A DNA stretch of 64,000 nt from an uncultured Spirochaetota bacterium (GCA_963783575.1 CAWAOD010000009.1:320001-384000); one strand, 5' to 3'; numbered from the stretch's first letter, positions 41,092 through 52,146 are shown. A program made the numbers and translations. The notes: generated from the letters alone by a model not told the origin.

Positions 41092-42438
41092 CTAGACACG
41101 GATTTGGTGGACGGTTATTTCCCTGCCGCTTTTCAGGTTTACAATGTATGATTTATCGGGTTTGAACTTTGTTTTCAAATTATCCAGCGTTTTATCGCTT
41201 ACTAAAATCCTGCTTTTTGAGTTTTCAGCTTCGGTAGCAATTAATTCGGATTCTATAATGCCTTCTCCGAGGATTGCATATTCCTTAAGCTTTTTCCCCT
41301 TTGTATTGAGCATTCCAGCCATAACATTTCCGCTGTATATACCGATAAAAACATCTACCCTGACATTCTCGGCATCGGCCAATTTTTCAATATCCTCAAT
41401 TGTTCTTTGAGAGGCTTCAATTGCATTGTATTTATGATGCTCATAAAAAATTGGAGCTCCATAAACAACAACGGCTTTTTGATGTTGAAAAACCGGATAA
41501 GCCTCGTATTCATCGGCATATTCACCGATTATAACGGAGATTGAATTATAGATTTTAAAATAAACCTCGGGGGTAAGATCTGTATTTAAAATATGAAAAA
41601 TAACAGTAGATACTGTGGCATTTAATTCTTCAATTCCTGACGGCACCCCTTTCTTCGAAATTTCCGACCTCATATTTTGCGAAATATAATCGCTGAAAAG
41701 TGAAATGCTTTCTTTATCTTTCATGATCCTTTTATTCAGTTCAAGGAGTTCCGTCTGGATAAAACCGAATTCATTCGGATCGTCCGGATACGGCAAATCG
41801 TTTTGGATAAAAACAGACATGCTTTTAATGAGCGATCCAATTTTTCTTGCCTTCAAGGCTTTGTAAACAAATATCAGGAAAAGTATCACGACATTAATGC
41901 AGAAGATAAATGATAACATTAGAATATCCAGAAGCGATAAACCATGATGTATTATCGTTTTTACAAGTAAATAGGCGACAGGGGTACCGAAGCAGACAAG
42001 CATAAATAAAAAAATAGGCAATATACTTATATGCCTGATCATAATTTTCTTCTTTCTTAATAATAAAGAAAATATCAGACCATGTACAAAATAAAAAATT
42101 GTATGCAGGGGGGTGAATAAAGTAAAAATCAAAAATAATTTATAAATATCATTTTCCTGGTTAAATAAATAGTACCCGGAAATCAGAAGTATTACAAAAT
42201 CCATTATTATGGTAATTATTGTCGTATATTGGAAGAAAACCCCATTTTTTAACCGTTTTTTTATCCCAGTTAAACTCTGGAATAAAACAAACAGAAATTG
42301 GAATAATGATAAAAAACAGTAAAATAATAATATCAGGTTGTCAGTGCGAAGTTTAAAATATTGTATGGCTTGATAAGAAATATAAACCTCGGCGGATTTA
42401 TACACTAAAAAAATAATAATACTGAATAATCTTGACAT
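41092..42438 (-). CDS. Membrane protein with degenerate class III nucleotide cyclase-like domain
   Basis: About six TM helices, then VVYGAP, IGIYSGNVMAG, YAILGE, ILVS. The metal-binding Asp motifs are not recognisable. RBS ggag before ATG 42438. Confidence 0.7.
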   Translation of the reverse strand: MSRLFSIIIFLVYKSAEVYISYQAIQYFKLRTDNLILLFYCFLSLFQFLFVLFQSLTGIKKRLKNGVFFQYTTIITIIMDFVILLISGYYLFNQENDIYKLFLIFTLFTPLHTIFYFVHGLIFSLLLRKKKIMIRHISILPIFLFMLVCFGTPVAYLLVKTIIHHGLSLLDILMLSFIFCINVVILFLIFVYKALKARKIGSLIKSMSVFIQNDLPYPDDPNEFGFIQTELLELNKRIMKDKESISLFSDYISQNMRSEISKKGVPSGIEELNATVSTVIFHILNTDLTPEVYFKIYNSISVIIGEYADEYEAYPVFQHQKAVVVYGAPIFYEHHKYNAIEASQRTIEDIEKLADAENVRVDVFIGIYSGNVMAGMLNTKGKKLKEYAILGEGIIESELIATEAENSKSRILVSDKTLDNLKTKFKPDKSYIVNLKSGREITVHQIRV

Positions 42439-42673
42439 AAATTTCTCCTGATATGGAAGATAGCCTGAAATTTCGACTAATAACATTTTCGGATAAAAAC
42501 TGGAATAACTTAGATTTATCACTAATTTGGTCGAATAAACTCAATTTTATCCCAAAATTATAAATATATTTATATTTATAATACTTTTGGTCATAGCGGC
42601 AGCATAGGAAAAAATTGACATTTTCATATAAGATTATAAAATATTACATTGATTTTTCAGGAGGATTTGTTAT

Positions 42674-43147
42674 ATGAAAAGGATGATTTTTGTTGCTATA
42701 ATCTTATGTGCGTTATTTATTGGAGAAGCTTTTGCCAAAGAGATGAATTCATTATCAGGTATAGGATTATATGGTAATCTTGCAGGAAGCGGCTCCAGCG
42801 CTTTCGGGGGAGGCATTGGCGCCACATTAAAATTCGGAAATTTCCCGGTATTAGGCATTGAGTATAATTTTGGCCAAACTGCAAGGGTTGGTGTCAGTTG
42901 TGATTATTGGGTACTTAACAGCCACCTTACAGGAGCTTTAAATTATTATATAGGTATCGGTGGATATGCAGGTTTAGGCCTGGGTGCAAATGGCGGAATT
43001 GATGCCGGCGGCAGAATTCCGATAGGTATTCAGATGTATCCGCTTCAGAAACTGGAATTATTTGCTGAAATAGCTCCAACGGTACCTCTATTTCCCACTA
43101 TAGGTATCGGTTATTCAATACGCATTGGTCTACGGGTCAATTTTTAA
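42674..43147 (+). CDS. Small outer-membrane beta-barrel protein (spirochaete DUF3996-like)
   Basis: Signal peptide, Gly/aromatic strands, GRIPIG, LELFAEIAP, terminal F; TTGACA-16-TAAAAT at 42615-42642. Confidence 0.7.
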   Translation: MKRMIFVAIILCALFIGEAFAKEMNSLSGIGLYGNLAGSGSSAFGGGIGATLKFGNFPVLGIEYNFGQTARVGVSCDYWVLNSHLTGALNYYIGIGGYAGLGLGANGGIDAGGRIPIGIQMYPLQKLELFAEIAPTVPLFPTIGIGYSIRIGLRVNF

Positions 43148-43316
43148 AAGCCATTATAATCTTTTTACTAAAAGATTTCCTAACATCTGAAAAACAGAGA
43201 ATGTCAGCACCGCAAGCCTAATTTATAAATTACATCATAATTTAAATTGCATGCTTCAGCTCGTTTAATCGAATTCCGATGTAATCAAAGGCTGATCATT
43301 ATATTTGAGGACTATT

Positions 43317-44096
43317 ATGAAAAATGTTTTGACTTTTATTATATTTCTATTGATATTTTCAAATGTTTATACTGAAGGCAATGTATTTGTTTTGTGCTAT
43401 CATACATTTTTGGGTAAGAATTTTGATACCGATTTCCCGCCGGAAACATTCAGCAATCAGATTGAAAAATTAAAAAATATGGGTTACAGGTTTGTAAGCT
43501 TTAATGATATAGTTAATTCTAATGTAACCGGTGATACAAATATTTTAATAACGATAGATGACGGTAATCATTCGGTCGATGCGGTCTATAATAATTTACT
43601 GTTGTCTAATAATATCAAACCCATACTTTTTATATATCCGGCAATAATTAACAAAATGCATTATGCGCTTACATTCAATAAGTTAAAGGAATATATGAAG
43701 GATGGCGCCACAATAGGTGCTCACGGTTATTATCATCTTTATGTTACCGAAAAGCTTTTTAAGAAAAGCCGAAGTTCTTTTAATAGAGAAATATACAGAT
43801 CAAAATCAAAACTTGAAAAGGGACTGTCAAGAAATATTAATATTTACGCTTATCCTTACGGCTCATTTTCCGGCATAACTATCGAATATTTAAAAAAAGC
43901 GGGATTCCAGTATGCTTTTTCATTAAAACAGGGAATGCTTCATGTTCCCCTGGCTGAAAATGCAAACCCATATAATTTACCAAGGTATATAGTTGAAAAA
44001 AGCACCTGGAAGAATATTTATTCAACGCTGAAAAAAAATGTTGACATAAACAGCCGTATTGTTCATAAAAAGAGGAAAAGGTATGCGAATATCTAA
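43317..44096 (+). CDS. Polysaccharide deacetylase family protein
   Basis: LCYH, ITIDDG, GAHGYYH, AYPYG, LPR. Confidence 0.88.
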   Translation: MKNVLTFIIFLLIFSNVYTEGNVFVLCYHTFLGKNFDTDFPPETFSNQIEKLKNMGYRFVSFNDIVNSNVTGDTNILITIDDGNHSVDAVYNNLLLSNNIKPILFIYPAIINKMHYALTFNKLKEYMKDGATIGAHGYYHLYVTEKLFKKSRSSFNREIYRSKSKLEKGLSRNINIYAYPYGSFSGITIEYLKKAGFQYAFSLKQGMLHVPLAENANPYNLPRYIVEKSTWKNIYSTLKKNVDINSRIVHKKRKRYANI

Positions 44097-45865
44097 GATT
44101 GCAGTATCGCAGATAAATCTAACAGTCGGAAATATTGAGAATAATCTGAAAAAGATTAAAGATGAAATCGGCATGGCGTTAAAACAAAAAGCCGATATTA
44201 TAGCGTTTCCCGAATTGACAATAACCGGCTACCCTCCGGAAGACCTAGTATTCAAACCACAATTTCTGGATTCAAATCTTAAGGGACTTGAAGAAATCAT
44301 AGATTTTTCAAAGAGTAAGGATTTATTAATAATTACAGGATTTATAGACAGGCAAAACGATAATATTTATAATTCTGCCGGAATCATTTACAATGGTACT
44401 CTTGTAGATGTCTATCACAAAATTTACTTACCGAATTATGGGGTTTTTGATGAACAAAGGTATTTTTCATCAGGCAATGAAATTCCTGTTTATCTTTTTA
44501 AAGGCATCAAATTCGGAGTAAACATCTGTGAGGACATTTGGTATCCCGGAGGGCCTCTCCATTATCAGGCACTTGTCGGAAATGCCGAAGCCGCAATAAA
44601 TATAAGCGCTTCTCCATTTCATGCGGGCAAACAAGACTACCGTGAAAGGATGTATGCTACGCGCGCAGGTGACGAGTCAATCGTGCTGATAAACTGTAAC
44701 CTTGTAGGCGGCCAGGATGAGCTTCGTTTTTGATGGAAATTCCACGGTTTATGATTCCAGTGGAGAATTGGCCGCAAGACTTAAATCCTTTGAAGAAGAT
44801 TTTGTAGTAATGGATATAGATTTGGATGCGGTTTTCAGAAAGAGGCTCAAGGATATCAGGAGAAAACAGGAAAGGAAAACCGGACCGGTTTCACCGTTTA
44901 ATCTTAAATTTATTGAAATCGTTCAAAGCAAAATAATGGAAGCGCCGCCCGATAATTATAGATCTATGTGCAGGCCGCTTGGTTACCAGCCGGAAAAAAC
45001 CGTTTTGAAAAGCGAGATACAATCGGTTTATGAGGCGCTGGTTCTTGGAACAAAAGATTATGTTGATAAAAACGGTTTCCGCAATGTGGTTGTTGCAATA
45101 AGCGGTGGCATCGATTCGGCGCTTGTTTCAACAATAGCGGTAGATGCACTGGGGAATGAACGGGTAAAAGGAATTTATCTCCCTTCGCAGTTTTCTGCCG
45201 GTATCAGCGGAATAGATGCCAAAGAACTTGCCGGCAATTTAGGGATAGAGCTTATTGAAATACCTATTTCCGGGATCTTTGAAAAGCTAAGGGATGAGCT
45301 CGCTCCGGTATTTAAAGATCTCCCTTTCGGTATTGCCGAAGAAAACCTGCAGTCAAGAATACGCGGCAATATTGTGATGGCCTTATCGAATAAATTCGGG
45401 TGGCTTGTTCTTACAACCGGAAACAAAAGCGAAATGAGCACTGGATACGCGACACTTTACGGAGATATGGCGGGCGGTTTTGCCGTCATAAAAGACGTCC
45501 TGAAAACAACGGTTTACGACCTTGCCGGTTATAGGAATTCGATTAAGAAAGTGATACCTGACAGGATAATAACAAGGCCTCCTTCGGCTGAACTCAGGCC
45601 GGATCAGAAGGATTCCGACAGCCTGCCGGAATATTCTGTTCTGGACATAATCATTCACGGATATGTCGAAGAGGATAAGACCGTTCTGGAAATCATAGAA
45701 GAAATAGGCGACAGTGCGCTTGTTAAAAAAGTAATCCGCATGATCGATTTAAGTGAATATAAAAGAAGACAGGCTCCTCCCGGAATTAAAATTACTCCGC
45801 GGGCTTTCGGCAGGGACAGAAGAATGCCGATTACAAATGGTTATAAAACTTTTGAGGCCCGGTAA
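44083..45865 (+). pseudogene. nadE: Glutamine-dependent NAD+ synthetase, split by +1 base at ~44723-44725
   Basis: Nitrilase domain (FPEL, ICEDIW) plus synthetase (SGGIDS, NLQSR, TGNKSE, PPSAEL). gag ctt c gtt ttt gat would read GQDELVFDG without one base. Probably a sequence error. Confidence 0.9.
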
Positions 45866-45867
45866 TC

Positions 45868-46887
45868 ATGCTTATACTGGGAATCGAGACTTCCTGCGAC
45901 GAAACCTCCGCCGCTCTTGTGGAAGACGGAAAAAATATCATTTCAAACATAGTGTACTCACAGATAGAAATTCATAAAAAATTTAACGGCGTTGTTCCGG
46001 AAATAGCTTCACGCAATCACATCATTAAAATCCTGGACGTAATCGATGAAGCGGTGAAGAATGTTCCTTCCGGTAAAATTGACGCGGTTGCCGTCACAAA
46101 TGGCCCCGGACTTATCGGAAGCCTGCTGGTCGGTCTGACAACGGCAAAAGGAATTTCTTATACAAAAAATATTCCGCTGATTCCAGTCAACCATATTGAA
46201 GCGCATATGTACGCGCCCCATCTTTTTCAAACAATAGAATTTCCATATATCGCCCTTGTCGTATCGGGAGGTCACACCCTTATTACAATTGTGAAATCAT
46301 TCGGTAAAATAAAAATAATCGGTTCAACAATAGATGACGCTATTGGGGAAGCCTTCGACAAAACAGCGAAATTACTCGGATTGGGATATCCCGGGGGACC
46401 GGTTATTGACCGCTTGGCAAAAGAAGGGGACACGGAAAGGATGCCGGAATTCCGTAATATGCCGGTTATTCTGCCGGATAAGGGAAATGACAGGTATAAT
46501 TTCAGTTACAGCGGGCTTAAAACAGCCATCGCATTCAGGTTAAAAAATATTTCTTTAAATGAGCAGAATATCAGGGATATATCGGCAAGTTTCCAGAAAA
46601 CGGCAGTGGAAATTCTTATTAGAAAAGCAAAAAACGCATTAAGTGATTTTAACCTTAATAGGCTTGTAATTTCTGGCGGAGTTGCTGCAAACAGCTTTCT
46701 TCGCACCGAATTTGAGGGACTAAAAAAAGAAGGAATTGAAATATTCACGGCTCCCGTTGAATATTGCGGTGATAATGCCGGAATGGTTGCCGGAAGGGGT
46801 TATCAGGATTTTTTTCTGGGTAAAACCGGGGATTTAAGGACGGAGGTTTTTTCACGCCAGCCTTTGATAATCAAGGGAAAAAGATAG
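45868..46887 (+). CDS. tsaD: t6A37 threonylcarbamoyltransferase subunit
   Basis: LGIETSCDET, GVVPEIASRNH, HIEAH, VSGGHT, GEAFDK, SGLKT, DNAGM. Confidence 0.95.
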   Translation: MLILGIETSCDETSAALVEDGKNIISNIVYSQIEIHKKFNGVVPEIASRNHIIKILDVIDEAVKNVPSGKIDAVAVTNGPGLIGSLLVGLTTAKGISYTKNIPLIPVNHIEAHMYAPHLFQTIEFPYIALVVSGGHTLITIVKSFGKIKIIGSTIDDAIGEAFDKTAKLLGLGYPGGPVIDRLAKEGDTERMPEFRNMPVILPDKGNDRYNFSYSGLKTAIAFRLKNISLNEQNIRDISASFQKTAVEILIRKAKNALSDFNLNRLVISGGVAANSFLRTEFEGLKKEGIEIFTAPVEYCGDNAGMVAGRGYQDFFLGKTGDLRTEVFSRQPLIIKGKR

Positions 46888-46896
46888 GAAAATATT

Positions 46897-47739
46897 ATGC
46901 GGAAAAATGGTATAAATCATACATGCCCGGTCTGCGGCGGCAATAAATCATCAATTATCTTTAAGAATGAACAATTCATCCTTTATTCCTGCCGGCGGTG
47001 CCGCTCAAATTTTCAGGACCGGCTTAAGGATATTGATAAGCCTTATGATGAAAAATATTTTTCCGATAACCATGTCCGGGCTTATGGAACAAGTTATATC
47101 GGGGATGAGGAAAATATACGCTCCATTTCAAGAAGACGCCTTGAAAATATTAAAAAGCTCTTGCCTTCCGGGAAAACTCTTCTGGATGTTGGTTCAGCAA
47201 TGGGAATATTCTGCTCCGAAGCAATAAAAGCAGGTCTGGAATCAAAGGGAGCGGAAATTTCGGAATACGCCAGGGAATATACCAGAAGCCGCTTTAATAT
47301 TGATTGCTACCCCGATTTTATGGATATCGAGGAAAAGTTCGACTGCGTTACTCTATGGTTTACGCTGGAACACATTGAAAATCCCGGATTATGGATTCAA
47401 AAATGCCATTCATTGCTGAATAACGGAGGCTTGATTTGCATCGCCATTCCGAACGGCAGGGGAGCTTTCGCTCTTTTTAATCCCGGAGATTATTTCAAAG
47501 CGCGTCCGGTTGAACATTATTTTGAACCTTCATTAAAGGGTTTGAAAATTCTGTTTAAAAAATCAGGCTTTAAAATCGAAAAATTTGAATATTTTGGCCT
47601 TCATCCGGAAAGAATAAAATTTCTGGGAAAGCCGCTTCCACAATTGAAAATACTTCAGAACCTTCAAAAAATATTACGTTCAGGAGACACTCTTGAGGTC
47701 TACGCCGAGAAAATTAATGCATTCTATAAGGATCATTGA
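46897..47739 (+). CDS. Class I SAM-dependent methyltransferase with N-terminal Zn motif
   Basis: CPVC...CRRC, LLDVGSAMG, TLEHI. Confidence 0.85.
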   Translation: MRKNGINHTCPVCGGNKSSIIFKNEQFILYSCRRCRSNFQDRLKDIDKPYDEKYFSDNHVRAYGTSYIGDEENIRSISRRRLENIKKLLPSGKTLLDVGSAMGIFCSEAIKAGLESKGAEISEYAREYTRSRFNIDCYPDFMDIEEKFDCVTLWFTLEHIENPGLWIQKCHSLLNNGGLICIAIPNGRGAFALFNPGDYFKARPVEHYFEPSLKGLKILFKKSGFKIEKFEYFGLHPERIKFLGKPLPQLKILQNLQKILRSGDTLEVYAEKINAFYKDH

Positions 47740-48667
47740 TATTTTCATTCCAAACAACATTTGGCTTGCCCCGATGGCCGGTTACACCGGTAAAGCCCTA
47801 AGAGAATTTGCAAAAATATTCGGGGCAGGATTAACTTTTACGGAAATGGTAAGCCTTGAAGGTTTGATAAGAGGAGATAAGAGAACCCTCAAATACATTG
47901 ATATCAATAACGATGAAAATACAGTTATACAGCTCTTCGGTAAAAACGAGCCTGAAAAGTTTTACAGGGCCGGAAAAATCCTTCAAGAAAGATCGGGAGC
48001 GAAACTGGTTGATATCAATTTCGGATGCCCGGTTAGGAAGGTAATCCGCAACGAAGCCGGATCATTCCTTCTCAAAACTCCCGGGGCCATGGCGGATATT
48101 GTAAAGGCCCTCAAAGATTCAGGCCTTTCGGTTTCTGCAAAAATACGCTCCGGCTTTGATTGTATCAATATTGAAGAGACAATACCGGCTTTAAATCTTG
48201 CCGGAGCAGACATGATCATCGTACACCCAAGGCTTGCCGTTCAATTTTATAACGGCGCCGCGGACTGGAATCTGATAAAGAAAGCCGGTGAATTAACTGA
48301 TAGAGTACTGATAGCAAGCGGTGATGTCAAGTCTCCGGAAGATGCAAAAATAATCTTGGAACTTACTCTTGCAGACGGGTTGATGATCGGCAGAAAAGCT
48401 GTCGGATCACCATATATTTTCAAACAAATAACAGAATATTTTGAAAATGGAACTTACAAAACTTACAGCTTTGGCGAAATCAAAGAAATAATGCTTGAAT
48501 TTGCCGGCCTGTATACAGGCATTGACGGAAAAAGAGGCATTGTCCCGATCCGTTCCGAATTGATACAGTATGTGAGGGATTATAAAAACTCACGTGAGAT
48601 CCGGCATAGGATTTCACTTATTCATACAATCGATGAATTGAAAGAAATTTTAAAAGACTGGCACTAA
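47717..48667 (+). CDS. dusB: tRNA-dihydrouridine synthase (DusB-like)
   Basis: LAPMAG, TEMV, DINFGCP, KIRSG, SGDV, MIGR. Confidence 0.88.
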   Translation: MHSIRIIDIFIPNNIWLAPMAGYTGKALREFAKIFGAGLTFTEMVSLEGLIRGDKRTLKYIDINNDENTVIQLFGKNEPEKFYRAGKILQERSGAKLVDINFGCPVRKVIRNEAGSFLLKTPGAMADIVKALKDSGLSVSAKIRSGFDCINIEETIPALNLAGADMIIVHPRLAVQFYNGAADWNLIKKAGELTDRVLIASGDVKSPEDAKIILELTLADGLMIGRKAVGSPYIFKQITEYFENGTYKTYSFGEIKEIMLEFAGLYTGIDGKRGIVPIRSELIQYVRDYKNSREIRHRISLIHTIDELKEILKDWH

Positions 48668-48687
48668 CAAGCGTGCCCCTTCGTCAA

Positions 48688-50378
48688 CAGACTGTGTGAA
48701 AACACAGTAAATATGCTATAATTATTAGAACAAAAATAATCGGAGTAAAAGATGAAGCATATTGAGGGAGAATCAAGGGATCAGATAGTTCTGTTCAATG
48801 AAACACTGGAAGATCTGTTAGGAGAAGAAGATCCGGTAAGGTTTATAGATATTTTTGTTGATAAGCTAAATATGAAAGGAGTTGGTTTTAAAGTAAAAGA
48901 AGCATCAACCGGCAGAAGTTCATATAAATCCGAAATACTTTTAAAAATCTATATTTACGGATATTTGAATAAAATCAGGACAAGCAGGAAATTAGAGAGA
49001 GAGTGCCGAAGAAACACAGAGTTGATGTGGCTGACTGGACGACTAGCGCCGGATTTCAAGACGATTGCCGACTTCAGGAAAGATAATAAGAAGGGAATAC
49101 AGTCGATATTCAGAGAATTTTTGAAGATATGTCATAAAGCCGGGCTTTTATCATTTGACGTTGTTGGAATTGATGGAACCAAGATCAGTGCGCAAAACCA
49201 CAATAACAATGTTTATCATAGGAAAAACATAGAAGAAATCATACATAGAATAGATCAAAAGATCGAAGAATATTTGAATGAGATGGATAAGAACGATAAG
49301 GAAGAAAAGAATGAATTTGAATTTCTTTCCGGAAAGATAGCGGAACGTTTAAAGAAAATGAAAACAAAAAAGGATAAAGTTGAGGCTATTAAAAAGATTT
49401 TTGAGGGAAATCCTGAAATGGAGAAATATTATTCAAATGACCCGGAAAGCCGGTTTATGAATGATAAAGGGAAATCCGACATTGCATATAATCTGCAGAT
49501 GGCAGTAGATGATGCGAATAAACTGATTGTGGTGATTGATGTGACGAATGAAAACAATGATATCAAACAGATGGCAGGAATGTGTGACCGAGTAGAAGAA
49601 ATAAAGGACGAGCTTAAGGTAGAGACTGAAACGGTCAAAGTATCGGATGCCGGTTATTACAGCGAACCGCAGATACTGGAATGTATAGATAAGGGACATA
49701 ACGTATATATGCCGAATCCGGATGACGGACATAAGGCAAGGATTCGAGGCAAAGAAGATAATAAAGGAGTACCTGCTGAAGAATACCAGGTTGATAAATT
49801 CAAATATGATCCGGGACAAAATGTTTATTATTGTCCGGAGGGAAACCCATTAGTGAGAAATGGGAAAAAAGTAGAGAAGGTCAATGGAGGAAAAGAGATA
49901 GTCAGGTACAAGTGCGGCTTATGCAGCCAATGTGAAGTAAGAAATAAGTGTACTGAAAGCGTGGAAGGACGAAGTATCAAAGTACCAGTTAGAAAAGAAG
50001 AAATTGAGAACTTCAAGAGGAAAATTCGTTCTGAAGCCGGGAAAAAGATCATAGAGAAAAGGAAAGAGATATGTGAACATCCATTTGGATCGATAAAAAG
50101 GAATATGGGTTACAGTTATTTTTTAATGAAGGGAAAGGATGGCGTTCTGACGGAATCCAGTTTGGCAGGATTCATTCATAATTTAATAAAAGTATTGAAT
50201 ATATTGGGAATAAAGAGACTTATGACTCTGGTTTGATGCTAATAAACCATCGTTTATCGTATTCGGATAGATTTTTTAAACTAAGATTTTTTTAGCTTGA
50301 AAAATATATCAAAAAATGGAGTCTTTGTATAATTAATCGATTTTACTATAAAATTTTACTGAGTTTTCACACAGTCTG
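48688..50378 (+). mobile_element. IS1182-family insertion sequence, copy 2 (1691 bp)
   Basis: Same IRs and identical protein as copy 1; two substitutions seen in the 3' non-coding part (40971/50277 and 41017/50323). Confidence 0.92.
48752..50236 (+). CDS. IS1182-family transposase
   Basis: Identical translation to 39446..40930. Confidence 0.93.
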   Translation: MKHIEGESRDQIVLFNETLEDLLGEEDPVRFIDIFVDKLNMKGVGFKVKEASTGRSSYKSEILLKIYIYGYLNKIRTSRKLERECRRNTELMWLTGRLAPDFKTIADFRKDNKKGIQSIFREFLKICHKAGLLSFDVVGIDGTKISAQNHNNNVYHRKNIEEIIHRIDQKIEEYLNEMDKNDKEEKNEFEFLSGKIAERLKKMKTKKDKVEAIKKIFEGNPEMEKYYSNDPESRFMNDKGKSDIAYNLQMAVDDANKLIVVIDVTNENNDIKQMAGMCDRVEEIKDELKVETETVKVSDAGYYSEPQILECIDKGHNVYMPNPDDGHKARIRGKEDNKGVPAEEYQVDKFKYDPGQNVYYCPEGNPLVRNGKKVEKVNGGKEIVRYKCGLCSQCEVRNKCTESVEGRSIKVPVRKEEIENFKRKIRSEAGKKIIEKRKEICEHPFGSIKRNMGYSYFLMKGKDGVLTESSLAGFIHNLIKVLNILGIKRLMTLV

Positions 50379-50383
50379 CAGGC

Positions 50384-52021
50384 TCAGGGCAGGCTATCAT
50401 GCTGCTTGATATAATCCTTATAATATAGAAGTTTCTCATCCTTGGGAAAGAACTTCAAGCCTTCATTTACAATTTCAAGGGCATGCCGGTAATTTTTGTT
50501 ATCAATTTCTTTGCCTGCTAACATATGATAAGCGACTTTCAGATTATCTCTTAAAGTGGAATTTTCCGGCTGATAAACCAGGGCAATTTTCAGATAGTAT
50601 ATTCCTTTTTCCAGTTCTTCGCTATTAAAATATTTATTTGCCGTATTTCCGGCAACATAAGCAATGTTATTCAGCAAAGTCCCGGACTTTGGAAAAGTTT
50701 TCAAGCCGTTTTTAATTATCTCAATACCTCTGTCAGGATTTCCGGATTCGTAAAATTTTATTCCGACATCCGAGTAGTAATTTTCCAGAATAATATCCAG
50801 GTTTGCATCTTTAAATAAACTATGCCAGTCGAGAATAAAATCCTCGTCATATGGGTAATTTTCCCAATCCGATATCAATTTTTCACCGAGTAAATTCATC
50901 CCGTTTATCATAAGATTCTTTATATTTTGGGAACCTGGTTTCTCTTTTAGAAATTTTTGCCCGGTTTGAAATGCGTTGGTAAAATCCCTGTCTTTATTGA
51001 TCATTTTATAAAGTATTCTTGTATAAAGATTGTCCTCGATATCTTCATTGCGGCCTACTATTTTTACGGCATTGTCATAAGCGTTAAAAGCATCCGCATA
51101 CCGGTTGGATTCTATAATTTGATTTAGGTATTTATCCAGACTATAAAAATAATTGCTTACAAACATTTCTTTGTTAGGCAGATTTGAGATTGCCTCGCCT
51201 GAAATATTTAAAGCCCTCTGGTAATCTCTTTTCACATCAGTTAAATAAATACCATATTGACTGTATGCTGCAACTGCATTTGTACTTACATAAATCCCGC
51301 CCTGGTAAACTGCCAGAGATTTTAACGCGCTCTGAAAGGCTGATTGTGTTTGCCCAAGCTGTGAAGCAAAATATGCGATATTGCCGTAAGTATAAGCAAT
51401 TATTCCCTTATTATCGACAACTTCGATCTGGCTGCTTTCATGGCTGTATGCAAATCCTGTAAGCCTTCTGAAAAAGTCCTGGGCTTCTTTATTTGTTCCT
51501 ATATCAAAGCCGTAAGGGCTTGTGTTTTCAACATCGATCTCGCGTCCGTTGAAAGTAAGCATGGAATAGATATGAGTCGGCAGCACTACAGCCCTGTATG
51601 GAATTTTGAAGTCCTCAAGAAGGCTTGAATATAATACTGTGGATGAAAGGCAGTTGTACCTTCCGGTCTTTAACAGGACATCAAGAGTTGTTGAAGATAC
51701 ATCATATCTGTTTAAAAGCCTGCGGTGCATTTCATTAAAAAGAGTCTTCGCAGTTTCAAACTGGTTGTCAAAATTGATCAAAGGCTTGACGCTTTCCTCA
51801 AAATTATTTATTTGAGTCAGGTAAAACTGCAAATTTTCGGGTTTTATGCCTGAAACCAGGAGCGATGCCGTTTTCAGGTCGAATTTTTCAGTATGAATTA
51901 AAAGCTGGTATTCCATAGAATTTGTGTCGAGTTCCAGAAATTTTGAAATAAAAGCATAGCTGTTTAAGAAAATGAATTGTATTATTAAAATTAAAACTAC
52001 CCTTTTCATATAAAATTTCAA
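50384..52021 (-). CDS. Exported transglutaminase-like/TPR protein
   Basis: Signal peptide; YNCLSST...PTHIY...DVENT (Cys-His-acid triad pattern); helical TPR-like C-terminus. Confidence 0.7.
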   Translation of the reverse strand: MKFYMKRVVLILIIQFIFLNSYAFISKFLELDTNSMEYQLLIHTEKFDLKTASLLVSGIKPENLQFYLTQINNFEESVKPLINFDNQFETAKTLFNEMHRRLLNRYDVSSTTLDVLLKTGRYNCLSSTVLYSSLLEDFKIPYRAVVLPTHIYSMLTFNGREIDVENTSPYGFDIGTNKEAQDFFRRLTGFAYSHESSQIEVVDNKGIIAYTYGNIAYFASQLGQTQSAFQSALKSLAVYQGGIYVSTNAVAAYSQYGIYLTDVKRDYQRALNISGEAISNLPNKEMFVSNYFYSLDKYLNQIIESNRYADAFNAYDNAVKIVGRNEDIEDNLYTRILYKMINKDRDFTNAFQTGQKFLKEKPGSQNIKNLMINGMNLLGEKLISDWENYPYDEDFILDWHSLFKDANLDIILENYYSDVGIKFYESGNPDRGIEIIKNGLKTFPKSGTLLNNIAYVAGNTANKYFNSEELEKGIYYLKIALVYQPENSTLRDNLKVAYHMLAGKEIDNKNYRHALEIVNEGLKFFPKDEKLLYYKDYIKQHDSLP

Positions 52022-52146
52022 AGTATGGGAAAATTTGATCCCCAGACTTTCTGCCTCCCTTTACTCCTGAAAAATTTGCATTTATTATAGATTAAATAAT
52101 ATTTTCAGGGAAGTCAATCGGCTAATTCCAAAGTTCATCCGGATGG

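Noticed and set aside
44717..44733. Programmed frameshift or naturally split nadE
   Set aside because: A single extra base in the conserved ELVFDG motif, among several similar lesions, is more simply an error; not excluded without reads.
39382..50378. Composite transposon or integrated circle carrying nadE-tsaD-dusB between two direct IS copies
   Set aside because: The apparently swapped flanks are explained by independent insertions into two oppositely oriented copies of one repeat. The cargo is housekeeping and no shared outer target duplication is seen.
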